From: Alphaproteobacteria bacterium
Lineage (GTDB): Bacteria; Pseudomonadota; Alphaproteobacteria; MPNO01
Direction of reading: 5' to 3'
Assembly (NCBI GenBank): GCA_964291675.2
Contig: OZ219865.1
Coordinates: 480,001-544,000, forward strand
DNA: 64,000 bases
Below are positions 1 to 13,274 of the stretch, one piece after another. The first letter of the stretch is position 1; every line of letters begins with the position of its first letter. Position numbers and translations under genes: made by a program. The notes beneath the pieces were generated by a model, which worked only from the letters and a program-made list of their open reading frames with translations, did no database searches and was not told where the DNA came from.

Positions 1-861
1 GTTCAGGTGTGCCGCCATTTCAGCTTGCAGGACGAGCCCGGACCCGATCTCACGCGCTGGAGCGAGATCGTCCAGCGGATCAGGAGCCCGGAGGGGGAGG
101 TGGCGATCGCGGTGGTCGGCAAGTACACCACGGTCCTCGATTCCTACAAGTCGCTCGCCGAGGCGCTGGAGCACGGCGGCATCGCCAATCGCGTGAAGGT
201 GCGGCTGGAGTGGCTCGATTCCGAGATCTTCGAATCCGAGGACGCGGTTCACCACCTGTCCGGGGTCGAGGGGATCCTGGTGCCCGGCGGGTTCGGCGAA
301 CGCGGCACCGAGGGCAAGATCGCGGCCGCCCGCTTCGCGCGGGAGCACAACGTTCCCTATCTCGGAATCTGTTTCGGCATGCAGATGGCGGTCATCGAAG
401 CGGCGCGCAACCTCGCCGGCATCGGCGGTGCCGGATCGACCGAGTTCGGGCCGGCGCCCGAGCCCGTCGTCGGCCTGCTCAGCGAGTGGATCAAGGGCGA
501 CCGGATCGAGCAGCGCGGGCTCGACGACGACCTCGGGGGCACGATGCGGCTGGGGGCGTATGACTGCGCGATCCAGGCCCGCTCGCTGGCGGAGGAGATC
601 TACCGCCGGAAGGTGATCAGCGAGCGCCACCGCCACCGCTACGAGGTCAACATCAACTATCGCGGCCGGCTCGAACAGGCGGGGCTGGTGTTCTCCGGCC
701 TGTCGCCCGACGGGATGCTGCCGGAGATCGTCGAGCTGCCGGCGCATCCCTGGTATCTCGGCGTGCAATTCCACCCGGAGCTCAAGTCGAAGCCGTTCGA
801 TCCGCACCCCGTCTTTCGATCCTTCATCCGCGCCGCGATAGAACGTTCCCGGCTGGTGTAG
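1..861 (+). CDS. pyrG: CTP synthase, C-terminal glutamine amidotransferase part (5' end outside window)
   Basis: [41 protein letters not shown] motifs; precedes kdsA-eno. Confidence 0.97.
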   Translation, partial: VQVCRHFSLQDEPGPDLTRWSEIVQRIRSPEGEVAIAVVGKYTTVLDSYKSLAEALEHGGIANRVKVRLEWLDSEIFESEDAVHHLSGVEGILVPGGFGERGTEGKIAAARFAREHNVPYLGICFGMQMAVIEAARNLAGIGGAGSTEFGPAPEPVVGLLSEWIKGDRIEQRGLDDDLGGTMRLGAYDCAIQARSLAEEIYRRKVISERHRHRYEVNINYRGRLEQAGLVFSGLSPDGMLPEIVELPAHPWYLGVQFHPELKSKPFDPHPVFRSFIRAAIERSRLV

Positions 862-864
862 ACG

Positions 865-1710
865 ATGGACGCTCCGCATCGGATTCGCATCGGCCCGGTC
901 GAGCTGGCCAACGACGCCCCGCTCGCGCTGATCTCCGGGCCGTGCCAGATCGAGAGCCGCGAACACGCGCTCGACTGCGCCGGGCGGCTGGTCGACATCG
1001 CCGGTCGAGCGGGGGTGGCGCTGATCTACAAGTCGTCCTTCGACAAGGCCAACCGGACGTCCCTCGCCGCCCGACGGGGGATCGGTATCGACGAGGGGCT
1101 GGATATTCTCGCCGAGATCCGCGACCGCTGCGGCTGCCCCGTGCTGACCGACGTCCACCTGCCCGAGCAATGCGCCATGGCGGCGGCGCGGGTCGATGTG
1201 CTGCAGATCCCCGCCTTCCTCTGCCGCCAGACCGATCTGGTGGTCGCCGCCGCGGAGACCGGGAAGCCGCTCAACATCAAGAAGGGTCAGTTCCTCGCTC
1301 CCTGGGACATGGTCAACGTGGTCGAGAAGGCGCGCGCCTCGGGCAATCGCGACGTGATGGTCTGCGAACGCGGCGCGAGCTTCGGCTACAACGCGCTGGT
1401 CAACGACATGCGCGCCCTGCCGCAGCTCGCCGAGACCGGGTGTCCGGTGGTCTTCGACGCGACCCATTCGGTGCAGCAGCCGGGCGGCCTCGGCGCGGCG
1501 AGCGGGGGACAGCGGGAGTTCGTTCCCGTGCTGGCGCGGGCGGCGGTCGCCATCGGCGTCGCGGCGGTGTTCATGGAATCCCATCCCGACCCGGACAACG
1601 CCCCCTCCGACGGTCCCGCTATGGTCCCGCTGGACGGGCTCGCGCCGCTGCTCGAACAGCTCGTCGCCGTCGACCGGTTGAGCAAGAGCCTGCCGCGGCT
1701 CGCGCTCTGA
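865..1710 (+). CDS. kdsA: KDO8P synthase (3-deoxy-8-phosphooctulonate synthase)
   Basis: [45 protein letters not shown] motifs. Confidence 0.97.
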   Translation: MDAPHRIRIGPVELANDAPLALISGPCQIESREHALDCAGRLVDIAGRAGVALIYKSSFDKANRTSLAARRGIGIDEGLDILAEIRDRCGCPVLTDVHLPEQCAMAAARVDVLQIPAFLCRQTDLVVAAAETGKPLNIKKGQFLAPWDMVNVVEKARASGNRDVMVCERGASFGYNALVNDMRALPQLAETGCPVVFDATHSVQQPGGLGAASGGQREFVPVLARAAVAIGVAAVFMESHPDPDNAPSDGPAMVPLDGLAPLLEQLVAVDRLSKSLPRLAL

Positions 1711-3027
<1,317 letters not shown>

Positions 3028-3117
3028 ATTTTCCTCGCCGGTTGCCAATCATCGCTCGATTGCTGCTTGAATTTTCCGGCTTGACTTATTGAATCTCATT
3101 GTGATTGCCTCCGGGAT

Positions 3118-3480
3118 ATGACGATGAGGCTGGACAAGCGCCGAGCGATGCGCAATGTGGCCGGCCCCGTGCTCGGGGCCGCGCTCACCGCCTATTTCGC
3201 CTTCAGCGCCTTTGAGGGCGACCGCGGCGTGTTGCGAATCCTCCAGCTGGACCAGGAGATCGTGCGCGCCGAACGGACGCTCGCCAGGGTGACCGCCGAG
3301 CGCGAAGGCCTCAACCGGCATGTCGAGTCGCTGCGGGCGGATCGCCTGGACCGCGACTACCTCGACGAGCGAGCGCGGATGATGACCGGGCTCCTCGCCC
3401 CCGGCGATATCGTGATTTCGGGCACCCGCACGACCCGCCGCATCTCCGTGGTCGGCGGCCCTCCCACCGTCCACAGGTAA
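3118..3480 (+). CDS. ftsB: Septum formation initiator FtsB/DivIC family
   Basis: N-terminal TM ending YF..GDRG, coiled coil, DRDYLDERAR motif; position after eno. Confidence 0.85.
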   Translation: MTMRLDKRRAMRNVAGPVLGAALTAYFAFSAFEGDRGVLRILQLDQEIVRAERTLARVTAEREGLNRHVESLRADRLDRDYLDERARMMTGLLAPGDIVISGTRTTRRISVVGGPPTVHR

Positions 3481-3667
3481 GCCGCCGGCCCGTCGGGCGC
3501 GCTTGTCCGGCGGCGCATCTTCGTTGCGCAAAGCCGCAGCAAAACGACACAAACTTACCCATCCCTTTGTTGCGCCGCGTCGCGGTGGATTAGTATCCTC
3601 CCTCCAGCGGTAGCCGATCCATCCGAAGCGCTGCGCGATCGCTCGGAAACGCAGGGGAATATCGCTG

Positions 3668-4732
3668 ATGGCCGCGAGGCCGAACAAGTCTGCAACCGGA
3701 CAAACGGTGGAATCGGCGACGGGCGAGAGGTCCGGCAAGTCCGCCAATGGCGGCGCGCGCCCGGCCCGCGCCGACCCGGATGAGTTGATCGATTTCTACC
3801 GCCAGATGCTGCTTATCCGGCGCTTCGAGGAGCGCGCGGGACAGCTTTACGGCATGGGGCTGATCGGCGGGTTCTGCCACCTCTATATCGGCCAGGAAGC
3901 CGTGGTCGTCGGCATGCAGGCGTCGGCCGGACCCAGGGATGCGCTGATCACCAGCTACCGGGATCACGGCCACATGCTCGTCTGCGGCATGGATCCCAAG
4001 GGCGTGATGGCCGAGCTGACCGGGCGGCGCAGCGGCTATTCCAAGGGCAAGGGCGGCTCGATGCACATGTTCAGCCGCGACAAGAACTTTTTCGGCGGAC
4101 ACGGCATCGTCGGCGCCCAGGTGCCGATCGGCACCGGCGTCGCCTTCGCCCAGAAATACCGGGACGACGGCGGGGTGACGGCGGCCTATATGGGGGACGG
4201 GGCGCTCAACCAGGGTCAGGTGCACGAGGCGTTCAATCTCGCCGCGCTGTGGTCTCTGCCGATCGTGTTCGTGATCGAGAACAACCGCTACGGCATGGGC
4301 ACCTCGGTGGACCGGGCTTCTGCCCTGACGGACCTCTACCGGATCGCCGAGCCCTACGGCATCCCGTCGGCCCAGACGGACGGGATGGACGTGCTGGCCG
4401 TCAAGGAGTCCGGCGCGGCCGCGATGGCGCATTGCCGCGCCGGTGAGGGGCCGTACGTGCTCGAGGCCCTGACCTACCGCTACCGGGGGCATTCGATGTC
4501 CGACCCCGCCAAGTACCGCAGCAAGGAAGAGGTCGCGGAGATGCGGACCGAGCACGACCCGATCCAGAACCTCCGGGACCGGCTTGTTGCGATCGGGTCG
4601 GTCGACGAGGAGGCGCTCAAGGATATCGACCGCGATATCAGGACGATCGTCGCGGATGCCGCCGAGTTCGCGCAAAACAGTCCCGAGCCCGATCCCAGCG
4701 AGCTCCTGACCGACGTGCTGATCGAGGCCTGA
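3668..4732 (+). CDS. pdhA: Pyruvate dehydrogenase E1 alpha
   Basis: GFCHLYIGQEA, GKGGSMH, GDGA..QGQ TPP motif, YRYRGHSMSDP. Confidence 0.97.
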   Translation: MAARPNKSATGQTVESATGERSGKSANGGARPARADPDELIDFYRQMLLIRRFEERAGQLYGMGLIGGFCHLYIGQEAVVVGMQASAGPRDALITSYRDHGHMLVCGMDPKGVMAELTGRRSGYSKGKGGSMHMFSRDKNFFGGHGIVGAQVPIGTGVAFAQKYRDDGGVTAAYMGDGALNQGQVHEAFNLAALWSLPIVFVIENNRYGMGTSVDRASALTDLYRIAEPYGIPSAQTDGMDVLAVKESGAAAMAHCRAGEGPYVLEALTYRYRGHSMSDPAKYRSKEEVAEMRTEHDPIQNLRDRLVAIGSVDEEALKDIDRDIRTIVADAAEFAQNSPEPDPSELLTDVLIEA

Positions 4733-4750
4733 CCGGCGCGGGTGTCCGAG

Positions 4751-6082
4751 ATGCCGATCAACATCCTCATGCCGGCACTGTCACCGACGATGACCGAGGG
4801 CAATCTTGCCAAGTGGCGCAAGAACGAGGGCGATCCGGTGAGCTCCGGCGAGGTCATCGCCGAGATCGAGACCGACAAGGCGACGATGGAGGTCGAGGCG
4901 GTCGACGAGGGCGTGCTGGGCCGGATCGTCGTGCCGGAGGGCTCGGAAGGGGTGGCGGTCAATTCGATCATCGGCGTCCTGCTGGTGGACGGCGAAGACC
5001 CCTCGTCGCTCGCCAGGGCCGCGCCGTCGAACGGCAGCGCCGCCGCGCAAATTTCGGCCGCCGCGGCGCCGCCCGAGAAAGAGGCGCCGCAAGGCGAGAC
5101 CGTTCGCCAGACCGTGCGCGAAGCGCTGCGCGACGCGATGGCGGAGGAGATGCGTCGCGACGAAACGGTTTTCCTGATCGGCGAGGAGGTGGCCGAGTAC
5201 CAGGGCGCCTACAAGGTGAGCCAGGGCCTGCTGGAGGAGTTCGGGCCGCGCCGCGTGATCGACACCCCGATCACCGAGCACGGCTTCACCGGGCTCGGCG
5301 TCGGTGCGGCGTTCGCCGGGCTGCGGCCGATCGTCGAATTCATGACCTTCAACTTCGCCATGCAGGCGATGGATCAGATCATCAATTCGGCGGCCAAGAG
5401 CCTTTACATGTCGGGCGGCCAGATCTCCGCGCCGATGGTGTTTCGCGGGCCCAACGGCGCCGCCGCCCGGGTCGCCGCCCAGCATTCGCAGAACTACGCC
5501 AGCTGGTTCGCCCATGTCCCGGGACTCAAGGTGGTCTCGCCCTATAGCGCGGCGGACGCCAAGGGGTTGCTGAAATCGGCCATCCGCGATCCCAACCCGG
5601 TGATATTTTTGGAGAACGAGATCCTCTACGGCGCCTCTTTCGAGGTTCCGGCGGTCGACGATTTCATCGTGCCGATCGGCCGGGCGAATATCTGCCGCGC
5701 CGGGTCGGACGTCACCATCGCCGCGCTTTCGATCGCCGTCGGCCACGCGCTCGACGCCGCCGAGGCGCTGGCCGGGGAGGGGATAGAGGCCGAGGTGATC
5801 GACCTGCGGACGATCCGGCCGCTGGATACCGCGACGCTGGTCGAATCGGTGAAGAAGACCGGCCGCCTGGTCTCGGTCGAGGAGGGCTGGCCGTTCGCCG
5901 GTATCGGCGCCGAGCTCGCCGCGGTGACCATGGAGCAGGCCTTCGACTGGCTCGACGCGCCGGTAGCCCGGGTGACCGGAGCCGACGTTCCGCTGCCCTA
6001 CGCCGCCAATCTCGAACGACTCGCGCTCCCCCAGGTGGACGACGTCGTGCGCGCCGCCAAAGACGTGCTGTACCGAGACTGA
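4751..6082 (+). CDS. pdhB: Pyruvate dehydrogenase E1 beta with N-terminal lipoyl domain
   Basis: [14 protein letters not shown] lipoyl domain, [20 protein letters not shown]. Confidence 0.96.
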   Translation: MPINILMPALSPTMTEGNLAKWRKNEGDPVSSGEVIAEIETDKATMEVEAVDEGVLGRIVVPEGSEGVAVNSIIGVLLVDGEDPSSLARAAPSNGSAAAQISAAAAPPEKEAPQGETVRQTVREALRDAMAEEMRRDETVFLIGEEVAEYQGAYKVSQGLLEEFGPRRVIDTPITEHGFTGLGVGAAFAGLRPIVEFMTFNFAMQAMDQIINSAAKSLYMSGGQISAPMVFRGPNGAAARVAAQHSQNYASWFAHVPGLKVVSPYSAADAKGLLKSAIRDPNPVIFLENEILYGASFEVPAVDDFIVPIGRANICRAGSDVTIAALSIAVGHALDAAEALAGEGIEAEVIDLRTIRPLDTATLVESVKKTGRLVSVEEGWPFAGIGAELAAVTMEQAFDWLDAPVARVTGADVPLPYAANLERLALPQVDDVVRAAKDVLYRD

Positions 6083-6113
6083 ACGCGCCCATTCTCCCAA
6101 GGCAGGATCCCCG

Positions 6114-7346
6114 ATGCCGATCAATATCCTGATGCCGGCACTGTCGCCCACCATGACGGAGGGAAACCTCGCCAGATGGCTCAAGGCGGAGGGCGATGCC
6201 GTCGAAGCCGGCGATGTGATCGCGGAGATCGAGACCGACAAGGCGACGATGGAGGTCGAGGCGGTCGACGAGGGGGTGCTCGGCAAGATCGTCGTGCCGG
6301 AGGGCTCGGAAGGGGTTGCGGTCAATGCGGTGATCGGCGTCCTGCTCGCCGAGGGCGAGGACGCGGCGGCGATCGGGGAGACGCCGGCGCCGGCCCAGGA
6401 GCCCGCCCCGGCGGCGGAACCGGAGCCGCAACCCACCGCCGCGCCGCCGCCGGCGGCGGCCCCTGCCGCGCCCGGGGAGCGCATCGCCGCGAGTCCGCTT
6501 GCCCGGCGCATGGCCGCGCAGGCCGGGCTCGACCTCGCCGCCTTAAGCGGCAGCGGAACCGGCGGGCGGATCGTCAAGGCGGATATCGATGCCGCGCTCG
6601 CCGCCGGACCGGCCCTCGCCGAGCCGGTGCGCGCGCCGCCCCGCCCCGCCGCCGCGCCGGCCCCGGGCGAGACCGTCAGGCTGTCGACCATGCGCCGCGT
6701 GATCGCCGAGCGGATGGCGGAGTCCAAGGCGACGGTGCCCCACTTCTACCTCACCGTCGACTGCGAGATCGACGAGCTGCTCAAGGTACGGAGCGAGATC
6801 AACAGGCGGATCGAGACGGCGCGGATATCGGTCAACGACATCGTCATCCGGGCCTCGGCGCTCGCGCTGCGGGAGGTTCCGGCCGCCAACGTGTCCTGGG
6901 CGGGCGAAGGCTCGATGACGCAGCACGGCACGGTCGACGTCTCGGTCGCGGTGGCGATCCCGGGCGGGCTGGTCACCCCGATCGTCAGGAACGCCGACGC
7001 CAAGGGCCTGGTCGAGATCGCGACCGAAATGAAGGCGCTCGCGGCGCGGGCGCGCGAAGGCAAGCTGATGCCGGAGGAGTACCAGGGCGGCAGCTTCTCG
7101 ATCTCCAATCTCGGGATGTACGGGGTCAAGAGCTTCGATGCGGTGATCAACCCGCCGCAGGCCTGCATTCTCGCGGTCGGCGCGGGAGAACCGCGGCCGG
7201 TGGTCCGGGACGGTGCGATCGTTCCCGCAACCGTCATGTCGTGCACGCTGTCGGTCGACCACCGCGTGGTCGACGGGGCCATCGGCGCCGAGCTGCTGGG
7301 CGCGATCAAGCGGAACATCGAATACCCGCCGGCGATGCTGGCCTGA
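6114..7346 (+). CDS. pdhC: Dihydrolipoamide acetyltransferase (E2)
   Basis: Lipoyl domain, Pro/Ala linker, ASPLARR E3-binding domain, DHRVVDG catalytic motif. Confidence 0.96.
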   Translation: MPINILMPALSPTMTEGNLARWLKAEGDAVEAGDVIAEIETDKATMEVEAVDEGVLGKIVVPEGSEGVAVNAVIGVLLAEGEDAAAIGETPAPAQEPAPAAEPEPQPTAAPPPAAAPAAPGERIAASPLARRMAAQAGLDLAALSGSGTGGRIVKADIDAALAAGPALAEPVRAPPRPAAAPAPGETVRLSTMRRVIAERMAESKATVPHFYLTVDCEIDELLKVRSEINRRIETARISVNDIVIRASALALREVPAANVSWAGEGSMTQHGTVDVSVAVAIPGGLVTPIVRNADAKGLVEIATEMKALAARAREGKLMPEEYQGGSFSISNLGMYGVKSFDAVINPPQACILAVGAGEPRPVVRDGAIVPATVMSCTLSVDHRVVDGAIGAELLGAIKRNIEYPPAMLA

Positions 7347-7361
7347 TCGGGGAATTCGTCC

Positions 7362-8759
7362 ATGGCCCGGCATTCCTTCGATATCGCGGTGATCGGCGGC
7401 GGACCCGGCGGCTACGTGGCGGCGATCCGCGCCGCCCAGCTCGGCATGAAGGCCTGCGTGGTCGAACGCGCGCATCTCGGCGGCATCTGCCTCAACTGGG
7501 GCTGCATCCCGACCAAGGCGCTGCTGCGGACCTCGGAAATCAACCACCTGCTCGGCCGGCTCGACGCCTTCGGCTTCGCCGCGGAGCGGGTCGCCTTCGA
7601 CCTCGGAAAGATCGTCAAGCGCTCGCGCGATGTCGCAGGGCGTCTGAGCGCCGGGATCGGCCACCTGATGAAGAAGAACGGGGTTGCCGTCATCGAAGGG
7701 CAGGGCAGGCTGGCGGGCGCCGGGCAGGTCGCGGTGGAGCGCGACGGCGCGCTCGCCGAGGAGATCGCCGCGCCCCGCATCGTGCTCGCCACCGGGGCGC
7801 GGGCGCGCACCCTGCCGGGGCTGGAGCCGGACGGCGAGCGGGTCTGGACCTATCGCGAGGCGATGGTCCCGGCCGCGATGCCGTCCTCGCTCCTGGTCAT
7901 CGGATCGGGGGCGATCGGAATCGAGTTCGCGAGCTTCTACCGCGATCTGGGCGCCGAGGTGACGGTGGTCGAGGTGCTCGACCGAGTGCTTCCGGTGGAA
8001 GATGAAGAAATATCGGCACTTGCCAGAAAAGCCTTTGAAAAACAGGGGATGGAGATCCTCACCGGGGCTGCCGTGACCGGGCTGGCTCACCAAGGCGGCG
8101 GTGTCCGGGCAACCATCGAATCGGGCGGGCAGACACGCGAGATCGATGTCGAGAGAGTGATCCTGGCGATCGGGATCGTCGGCAATGTGGAGGACATCGG
8201 GCTCGAAGGCACCGGCGTCGAGGTCGATCGCGGCCATGTCGTCGTCAACCGCTGGTGCGAGACCAGGGAGGCCGGCGTCTACGCGATCGGCGATCTGGTC
8301 GGGCCGCCCTGGCTCGCCCACAAGGCGAGCCACGAGGGGGTGATGTGCGTCGAGCGCAGCGCCGGCATGGAGGCCCATCCGCTCGACGTCTCGCGTATCC
8401 CGGGCTGCACCTATTGCCGGCCTCAGGTGGCGAGCGTCGGCCTCACCGAGGCGGCGGCGAAGGCGGAGGGCCGCGAGGTCAGGATCGGCCGTTTCCCCTA
8501 TCTCGCGAACGGCAAGGCCATCGCGCTCGGCGACGACGAGGGGCTGGTCAAGACGGTGTTCGACGCCGCGACCGGCGAGTTGCTGGGCGCGCACATGATC
8601 GGCGCCGAGGTGACCGAGCTGATCCAGGGTTTCGCCATCGCGCGGACGCTGGAGACCACCGAGGCGGAGCTCATGGAGACGGTGTTCCCGCACCCGACGC
8701 TGTCCGAGATGATGCACGAGTCGGTGCTTGACGCTTACGGGCGGGCTCTTCATTTCTAG
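7362..8759 (+). CDS. lpdA: Dihydrolipoyl dehydrogenase (E3)
   Basis: GGGPGGY, GGICLNWGCIPTK redox disulfide, HPTLSE. Confidence 0.97.
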   Translation: MARHSFDIAVIGGGPGGYVAAIRAAQLGMKACVVERAHLGGICLNWGCIPTKALLRTSEINHLLGRLDAFGFAAERVAFDLGKIVKRSRDVAGRLSAGIGHLMKKNGVAVIEGQGRLAGAGQVAVERDGALAEEIAAPRIVLATGARARTLPGLEPDGERVWTYREAMVPAAMPSSLLVIGSGAIGIEFASFYRDLGAEVTVVEVLDRVLPVEDEEISALARKAFEKQGMEILTGAAVTGLAHQGGGVRATIESGGQTREIDVERVILAIGIVGNVEDIGLEGTGVEVDRGHVVVNRWCETREAGVYAIGDLVGPPWLAHKASHEGVMCVERSAGMEAHPLDVSRIPGCTYCRPQVASVGLTEAAAKAEGREVRIGRFPYLANGKAIALGDDEGLVKTVFDAATGELLGAHMIGAEVTELIQGFAIARTLETTEAELMETVFPHPTLSEMMHESVLDAYGRALHF

Positions 8760-8786
8760 ATCGACGGCCATGCAGTCGCCCGTGCA

Positions 8787-9722
8787 ATGAACAGCGCAAG
8801 CCCAACGATCCGCCATCCGGAGAAGATCGGCCGCGCGGACAACCCGATCCCGCGCAAGCCGCCATGGATCCGCGTGCGCGCGCCGGTCTCGCCGGTCTTC
8901 GGCGAGACCCGCGGCGTGGTCCGCGAGTTCAGGCTGACGACGGTGTGCGAGGAAGCCGCCTGCCCCAATATCGGCGAGTGCTGGGCCCAGCGCCATGCGA
9001 CGATGATGATCCTGGGCGCGATCTGCACCCGCGCCTGTGCGTTCTGCAACGTCGCGACGGGACTGCCCGAGCGCGTGGATGCGGGCGAGCCCGGACGGGT
9101 CGCCGAGGCGGTCGCGCGGCTGGACCTCCGCCATGTCGTCATCACCTCGGTCGACCGCGACGACCTCGACGATGGCGGGGCGGGGCATTTCGCCCGGGTC
9201 ATCGGCGCCATCCGGGCGCAAAACCCGGCAACCACCGTCGAGGTGCTGACGCCCGATTTCCTGAGGAAGGACGGGGCCATCGAGCGGGTGGTCGAGGCCC
9301 GTCCGGACGTCTACAACCACAATCTGGAGACCGTGCCGAGGCTCTACCCCACGGTGCGGCCGGGGGCGCGGTATTTCCACTCCCTGAAGCTGCTCGACCG
9401 GGTCAAGCAGCTCGACCCCTCGATGTTCACCAAGTCCGGGCTGATGGTCGGGCTCGGCGAGAGCCGCGAGGAGGTGCACCAGGTTATGGACGATTTGCGC
9501 TCGGCCGATGTCGATTTCCTGACCGTCGGCCAGTACCTCCAGCCGACGCCCAAGCACCACCCGATCGACCGGTTCTGGGAGCCCGCGGCGTTCGAGGATT
9601 TGGCCAGCATGGCCAAGGGCAAGGGCTTCCTGATGGTGTCGGCGACGCCGCTCACCCGCTCGTCCTACCATGCCGACCGCGACTTCGAGGCGCTGCGGGC
9701 GGCGCGCCGGGCGTCCGGCTGA
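8787..9722 (+). CDS. lipA: Lipoyl synthase
   Basis: [12 protein letters not shown] and CTRACAFC cluster motifs, RSSYHA. Confidence 0.97.
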   Translation: MNSASPTIRHPEKIGRADNPIPRKPPWIRVRAPVSPVFGETRGVVREFRLTTVCEEAACPNIGECWAQRHATMMILGAICTRACAFCNVATGLPERVDAGEPGRVAEAVARLDLRHVVITSVDRDDLDDGGAGHFARVIGAIRAQNPATTVEVLTPDFLRKDGAIERVVEARPDVYNHNLETVPRLYPTVRPGARYFHSLKLLDRVKQLDPSMFTKSGLMVGLGESREEVHQVMDDLRSADVDFLTVGQYLQPTPKHHPIDRFWEPAAFEDLASMAKGKGFLMVSATPLTRSSYHADRDFEALRAARRASG

Positions 9723-9726
9723 CCCG

Positions 9727-10209
9727 ATGCCGAGCCACGCCGAGCGCCGCTACGCCGCCTACGCGCCGGCCCAGATCTTCGAGCTGGTGGCCGATGTCGA
9801 GAGCTACCCGGACTTTTTGCCCTGGTGCACCGGTTGCCGGATATACAGCCGCGAGGACAACGTGCTGTACGCCAGGCTCGGAGTCGGCTTCAAGATGGTG
9901 AGCGAGAGCTTCAGGTCGCGGGTGACGCTGGACCCGATCGAACGCATCGACATCGCCTATCTCGACGGCCCGTTCCGCTATCTCGACAGTAGCTGGAAAT
10001 TCGGCCCGAAGGACGACGGCTGCCTGATCGACTTCTACATCGATTTCGAGTTCCGCTCGCTGCTGCTGCGCAAGATCATGGGACCGCTGTTCAACGAGGT
10101 GGTCCGGCGCAGCGTCGGCGCCTTCATCGCCCGCGCGGATGCGCTGTACGGCCCCGCGAGGGCAGGGGGCGCACTCGCTCGCCGGGCCGTCCGCGCAGCT
10201 CAGAAATAG
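9727..10209 (+). CDS. Coq10/RatA-like START-domain protein
   Basis: FELVADVESYPDFLPWC and GPFRYL..W motifs; usual position after lipA; ATG at 9727. Confidence 0.88.
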   Translation: MPSHAERRYAAYAPAQIFELVADVESYPDFLPWCTGCRIYSREDNVLYARLGVGFKMVSESFRSRVTLDPIERIDIAYLDGPFRYLDSSWKFGPKDDGCLIDFYIDFEFRSLLLRKIMGPLFNEVVRRSVGAFIARADALYGPARAGGALARRAVRAAQK

Positions 10210-11003
10210 ATCCGGCCCTCGATCCGTTCGACCGGATCGCGTGCCGCCAGGCGCAGCCGGGGCAGGTTGGCGGCCGCGATCGCCGCCAGCACCGCGTCGA
10301 GAGCGTCGCCGCCCCGGTCGTCGACAATGCGAATCCAAACCGATTTATCGGGCCCGTTCAATAAACCATTGTTTATCAAGGTATCCACGAGCTTTGCCCT
10401 GGAGTCTCGCAAGCCCTGGCCGGGTCCCTTGTAGGAGAAGTAGAGACCGAGCCGCTTGAGCAAAGAGGCCGGGCAGGTCTCGGCGAGCAGCACCTTGCCG
10501 GGCGCGGGGGCTTGCATCGGGACAACCCGTGCCGCGCCGGTCTCTACCAGCGGCAGGAGCACGCTCCCGATCCCGGCATGGGTCTGACGGAACAGCCTCA
10601 GATTGTAGGCGGAGAACGGTACCTTCGCCTCGACATCGGTGCATCGCTTGAACTCGCGCCCGCCGGCGGCGCGCCGGCACTCGGCCCGAAGCGATTGGGC
10701 ATCGGGGTAGCGGGCGGAGAAGCCGCGCAAAAAATCCTCCCAGACCGTCTCCTCGATCAGCGAGCGGGGCAGGCTGAAGGGGAAGTCGAGACCGGCCGCG
10801 GCGCGCCGTTCGCTCGCGAGAAAATCCCTCAGCGCCGCCAGCGCCGTTTCGCGGTCCGGCGCACCGCCGGGCAGCTCCCGCGCCGGCCGGCAGCCTTCCA
10901 GCGTCAGCCGGCCGGCTTGCTGCGTTCCCACCGCGATCCAGATGTGATCCCCGGCACGGCGGGCGCCGGAATAATCGACCCCGATAACGCGCCGACGCGT
11001 CAC
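10200..11003 (-). CDS. DUF429-like putative RNase H-fold nuclease
   Basis: IGVDYSGA, GLDFPFSLP, ETCPA, DALDAVLAA motifs. Confidence 0.7.
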   Translation of the reverse strand: MTRRRVIGVDYSGARRAGDHIWIAVGTQQAGRLTLEGCRPARELPGGAPDRETALAALRDFLASERRAAAGLDFPFSLPRSLIEETVWEDFLRGFSARYPDAQSLRAECRRAAGGREFKRCTDVEAKVPFSAYNLRLFRQTHAGIGSVLLPLVETGAARVVPMQAPAPGKVLLAETCPASLLKRLGLYFSYKGPGQGLRDSRAKLVDTLINNGLLNGPDKSVWIRIVDDRGGDALDAVLAAIAAANLPRLRLAARDPVERIEGRIYF

Positions 11004-11485
11004 CCAGCCAGGCGTCCGACCAGCGCCATCGCGGCCAGCACCGAGGAGTCCCGGACCGCCGCCCGGTCGCCGGCGAACCGGAAGCGCTCGTGCAGCGTCG
11101 CGCCTTCCCGCCGCGCGGCGGCGATGTGGACCAGGCCGACCGGCTTGGCCGGGCTGCCGCCGCCGGGGCCCGCGACCCCGGTGATGCCGACGGCGATGTC
11201 GGCGCGGCTGTTGGCGAGCCCGCCCTCGGCCATGGCGCGGGCGACCTCTTCGCTCACCGCGCCATGCGCCGCGATCAGCGCCGCCGGCACCGAGGCAAGC
11301 TCGGTCTTGGCCTCGTTGGTGTAGGTGACCAGGCCGCGCTCGACCACGTCGGACGAGCCGGCGATGGCGGTGAGCGCGCCGGCGAGCAGCCCGCCGGTGC
11401 AGGATTCCACCGTCGCCACCGTCAGCCCTTCGGAACGGCAGCGCCGAAGCAGCGCTTCCGATGCGCTTAAGATCTCCTCGTTCAA
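11000..11485 (-). CDS. CinA C-terminal domain protein (NMN deamidase, PncC-like)
   Basis: TVESCTGGL, HGAVSEEVARAMAEG, ITGVAGPGGG..KPVGLV; TTG start overlapping the pgpA stop, GGAGG RBS. Confidence 0.9.
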   Translation of the reverse strand: MNEEILSASEALLRRCRSEGLTVATVESCTGGLLAGALTAIAGSSDVVERGLVTYTNEAKTELASVPAALIAAHGAVSEEVARAMAEGGLANSRADIAVGITGVAGPGGGSPAKPVGLVHIAAARREGATLHERFRFAGDRAAVRDSSVLAAMALVGRLAG

Positions 11486-11970
11486 GCCAGGACCTCCCTT
11501 GCCAGCCATACCCCGGCGAGCGCGTAGACCCCGGCGAGCGCGTCGTCGGCCATGACCCCGAACCCGCCTTTCAGCCTGCGGTCGGCCCAGGAGGCGGGCC
11601 ACGGCTTGACGATGTCGGCGATGCGAAACAGGACGAAGCCGAGCGCGAACTGCCAGAGCTCCACGGCCGCGGGAAGCAGCGCCGCGAGCTGGCCGGCGAC
11701 CTCGTCGACGACTATGGGGCCGGGATCGTCGTCGCCGGTCCGCCGCGTCACCGAATCCGACGCCCACCAACCGAGCGCGAATACGCCCATCGCGGCCGCG
11801 CCGAGGCCCCAGGGTCCGAAATGCTCCAGGAGCAGCCAGGCCGCCGGCAGGGCCGCCAGCGAGCCCCAGCTCCCGGGCGCGCCGGGCAGCAGGCCGATGC
11901 CGCCCACGGTGGCGACGAAGGTCGGCGCATCGCGCCAGGCCGGGGAATACGCGCGACCGTCCACCGGCAT
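11482..11970 (-). CDS. pgpA: Phosphatidylglycerophosphatase A
   Basis: APGSWGSL, DPGPIVVDEVAG, FRIADIVKPWP, GVMADD. Confidence 0.93.
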   Translation of the reverse strand: MPVDGRAYSPAWRDAPTFVATVGGIGLLPGAPGSWGSLAALPAAWLLLEHFGPWGLGAAAMGVFALGWWASDSVTRRTGDDDPGPIVVDEVAGQLAALLPAAVELWQFALGFVLFRIADIVKPWPASWADRRLKGGFGVMADDALAGVYALAGVWLAREVLA

Positions 11971-11976
11971 CGCGGC

Positions 11977-13143
11977 TCAGGCGGGGAGGCGGATCGTGGC
12001 GACGGCCTGGGCGGCGATTCCCTCGCCGCGCCCGGTGAAGCCCAGACCCTCGGTCGTCGTCGCCTTGATGCCGATCCGGCCGGGCTCCAGTTCCAGCAGC
12101 CCGGCGACGCGCGCCGCCATCGCGTCCCGATGCGGCGCGATCCTGGGCGCCTCGCAGATCAGCGTGAGGTCGAGATTGACGATGGAGCCGCCGCGGCGGC
12201 GCACCAGGCGGGCGGCGTGGCGCAGGAAGGTGGCCGAGGGTTCGCCCCGCCAGCGCGGGTCGGTGGGCGGAAAATGCAGGCCGATATCGCCTTCGGAAAT
12301 CGCACCGAGCAGCGCATCGGTCAAAGCGTGCATCGCGACATCGGCGTCCGAGTGACCGGCGAGCGCCCGGTCGTGCGGAATCTCGACGCCGCACAGCGTG
12401 ACCGCCTTTCCCTCGCCGAACCTGTGGACATCGAATCCGGTGCCGGTCCTGAGCTCGAAGGGCGCGGCCCCGAGCCAACGCCGCGCACGCTCCAGGTCCT
12501 CCGGCGTCGTCACCTTGATGTTGGAATCGCTGCCCTGCACCAGCGCGACATCGAGGCCCGCGTGCTCCGCCACCGCGGCATCGTCGGTCAGCGCCAGACC
12601 GGCGGCGGCGCGGTGCGCGGCGAGGATCTCCGCGAAGCGGAAGCCCTGCGGCGTCTGCGCGCGCCACAGCCCGCGGCGCTCCACGGTCGCGCCGACGAGC
12701 GGCATATCCACCCCATCCCGTTCGCGCTTGAGGGTGTCGCTGACCGGCACCGCCGGGAGCGCGGCGGGAGAGGTTTCGAGCGCCGCGAGAACCCGCGAGA
12801 TCGTCGCCGCATCGGCGAACGGACGCGCGGCATCGTGGATCAACACCGTCCGCGGCTCGACGGGGGCGAGGCTCTCGAGGCCGAGACGCGCGGAGTCCTG
12901 GCGGGTTTCGCCGCCGGCGACCGGTTCCATGAGGTCGAGGCCGTCGAGCGCCCGGTCGCAGTCCCCGCGGTCGGCGGCGCCGATGACCACGCGCACGCGA
13001 TCGACGGCGGGGTGGTCGACGAAGCCGGAGACGGCATGGCGCAGAACGGCGGCATCGCCGAGCGCCAAATACTGCTTGGGAAGCGCCGCGCCGAGACGCG
13101 TGCCGCGCCCGCCGGCAAGGATCAGGGCGACACACCCCGTCAT
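11977..13143 (-). CDS. ispDF: Bifunctional IspD/IspF (MEP pathway)
   Basis: [46 protein letters not shown]. Confidence 0.96.
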   Translation of the reverse strand: MTGCVALILAGGRGTRLGAALPKQYLALGDAAVLRHAVSGFVDHPAVDRVRVVIGAADRGDCDRALDGLDLMEPVAGGETRQDSARLGLESLAPVEPRTVLIHDAARPFADAATISRVLAALETSPAALPAVPVSDTLKRERDGVDMPLVGATVERRGLWRAQTPQGFRFAEILAAHRAAAGLALTDDAAVAEHAGLDVALVQGSDSNIKVTTPEDLERARRWLGAAPFELRTGTGFDVHRFGEGKAVTLCGVEIPHDRALAGHSDADVAMHALTDALLGAISEGDIGLHFPPTDPRWRGEPSATFLRHAARLVRRRGGSIVNLDLTLICEAPRIAPHRDAMAARVAGLLELEPGRIGIKATTTEGLGFTGRGEGIAAQAVATIRLPA

Positions 13144-13274
13144 ATCGCACCCGTGCGGTTGTCGTCAAAAGCCTAGTCGGCCGGGAATCGATTGCCAAGC
13201 GCCGCGCTCCGCTTCGCGCTGTTCGCATGCATCGAGGGTGTTATAGTCCTGCTCCCGCCGTGGATTGTGGTGCG

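Noticed and set aside
4751-6350. Near-identical DNA at the starts of pdhB and pdhC
   Set aside because: Both encode lipoyl domains; a lipoylated E1-beta is a known alphaproteobacterial trait, not a mobile repeat
6543-9671. 1042-aa minus-strand ORF and many similar long overlapping ORFs (e.g. 14826-17225, 55759-58929)
   Set aside because: Antisense shadows of real genes caused by high GC3 and stop-codon scarcity; no recognisable motifs
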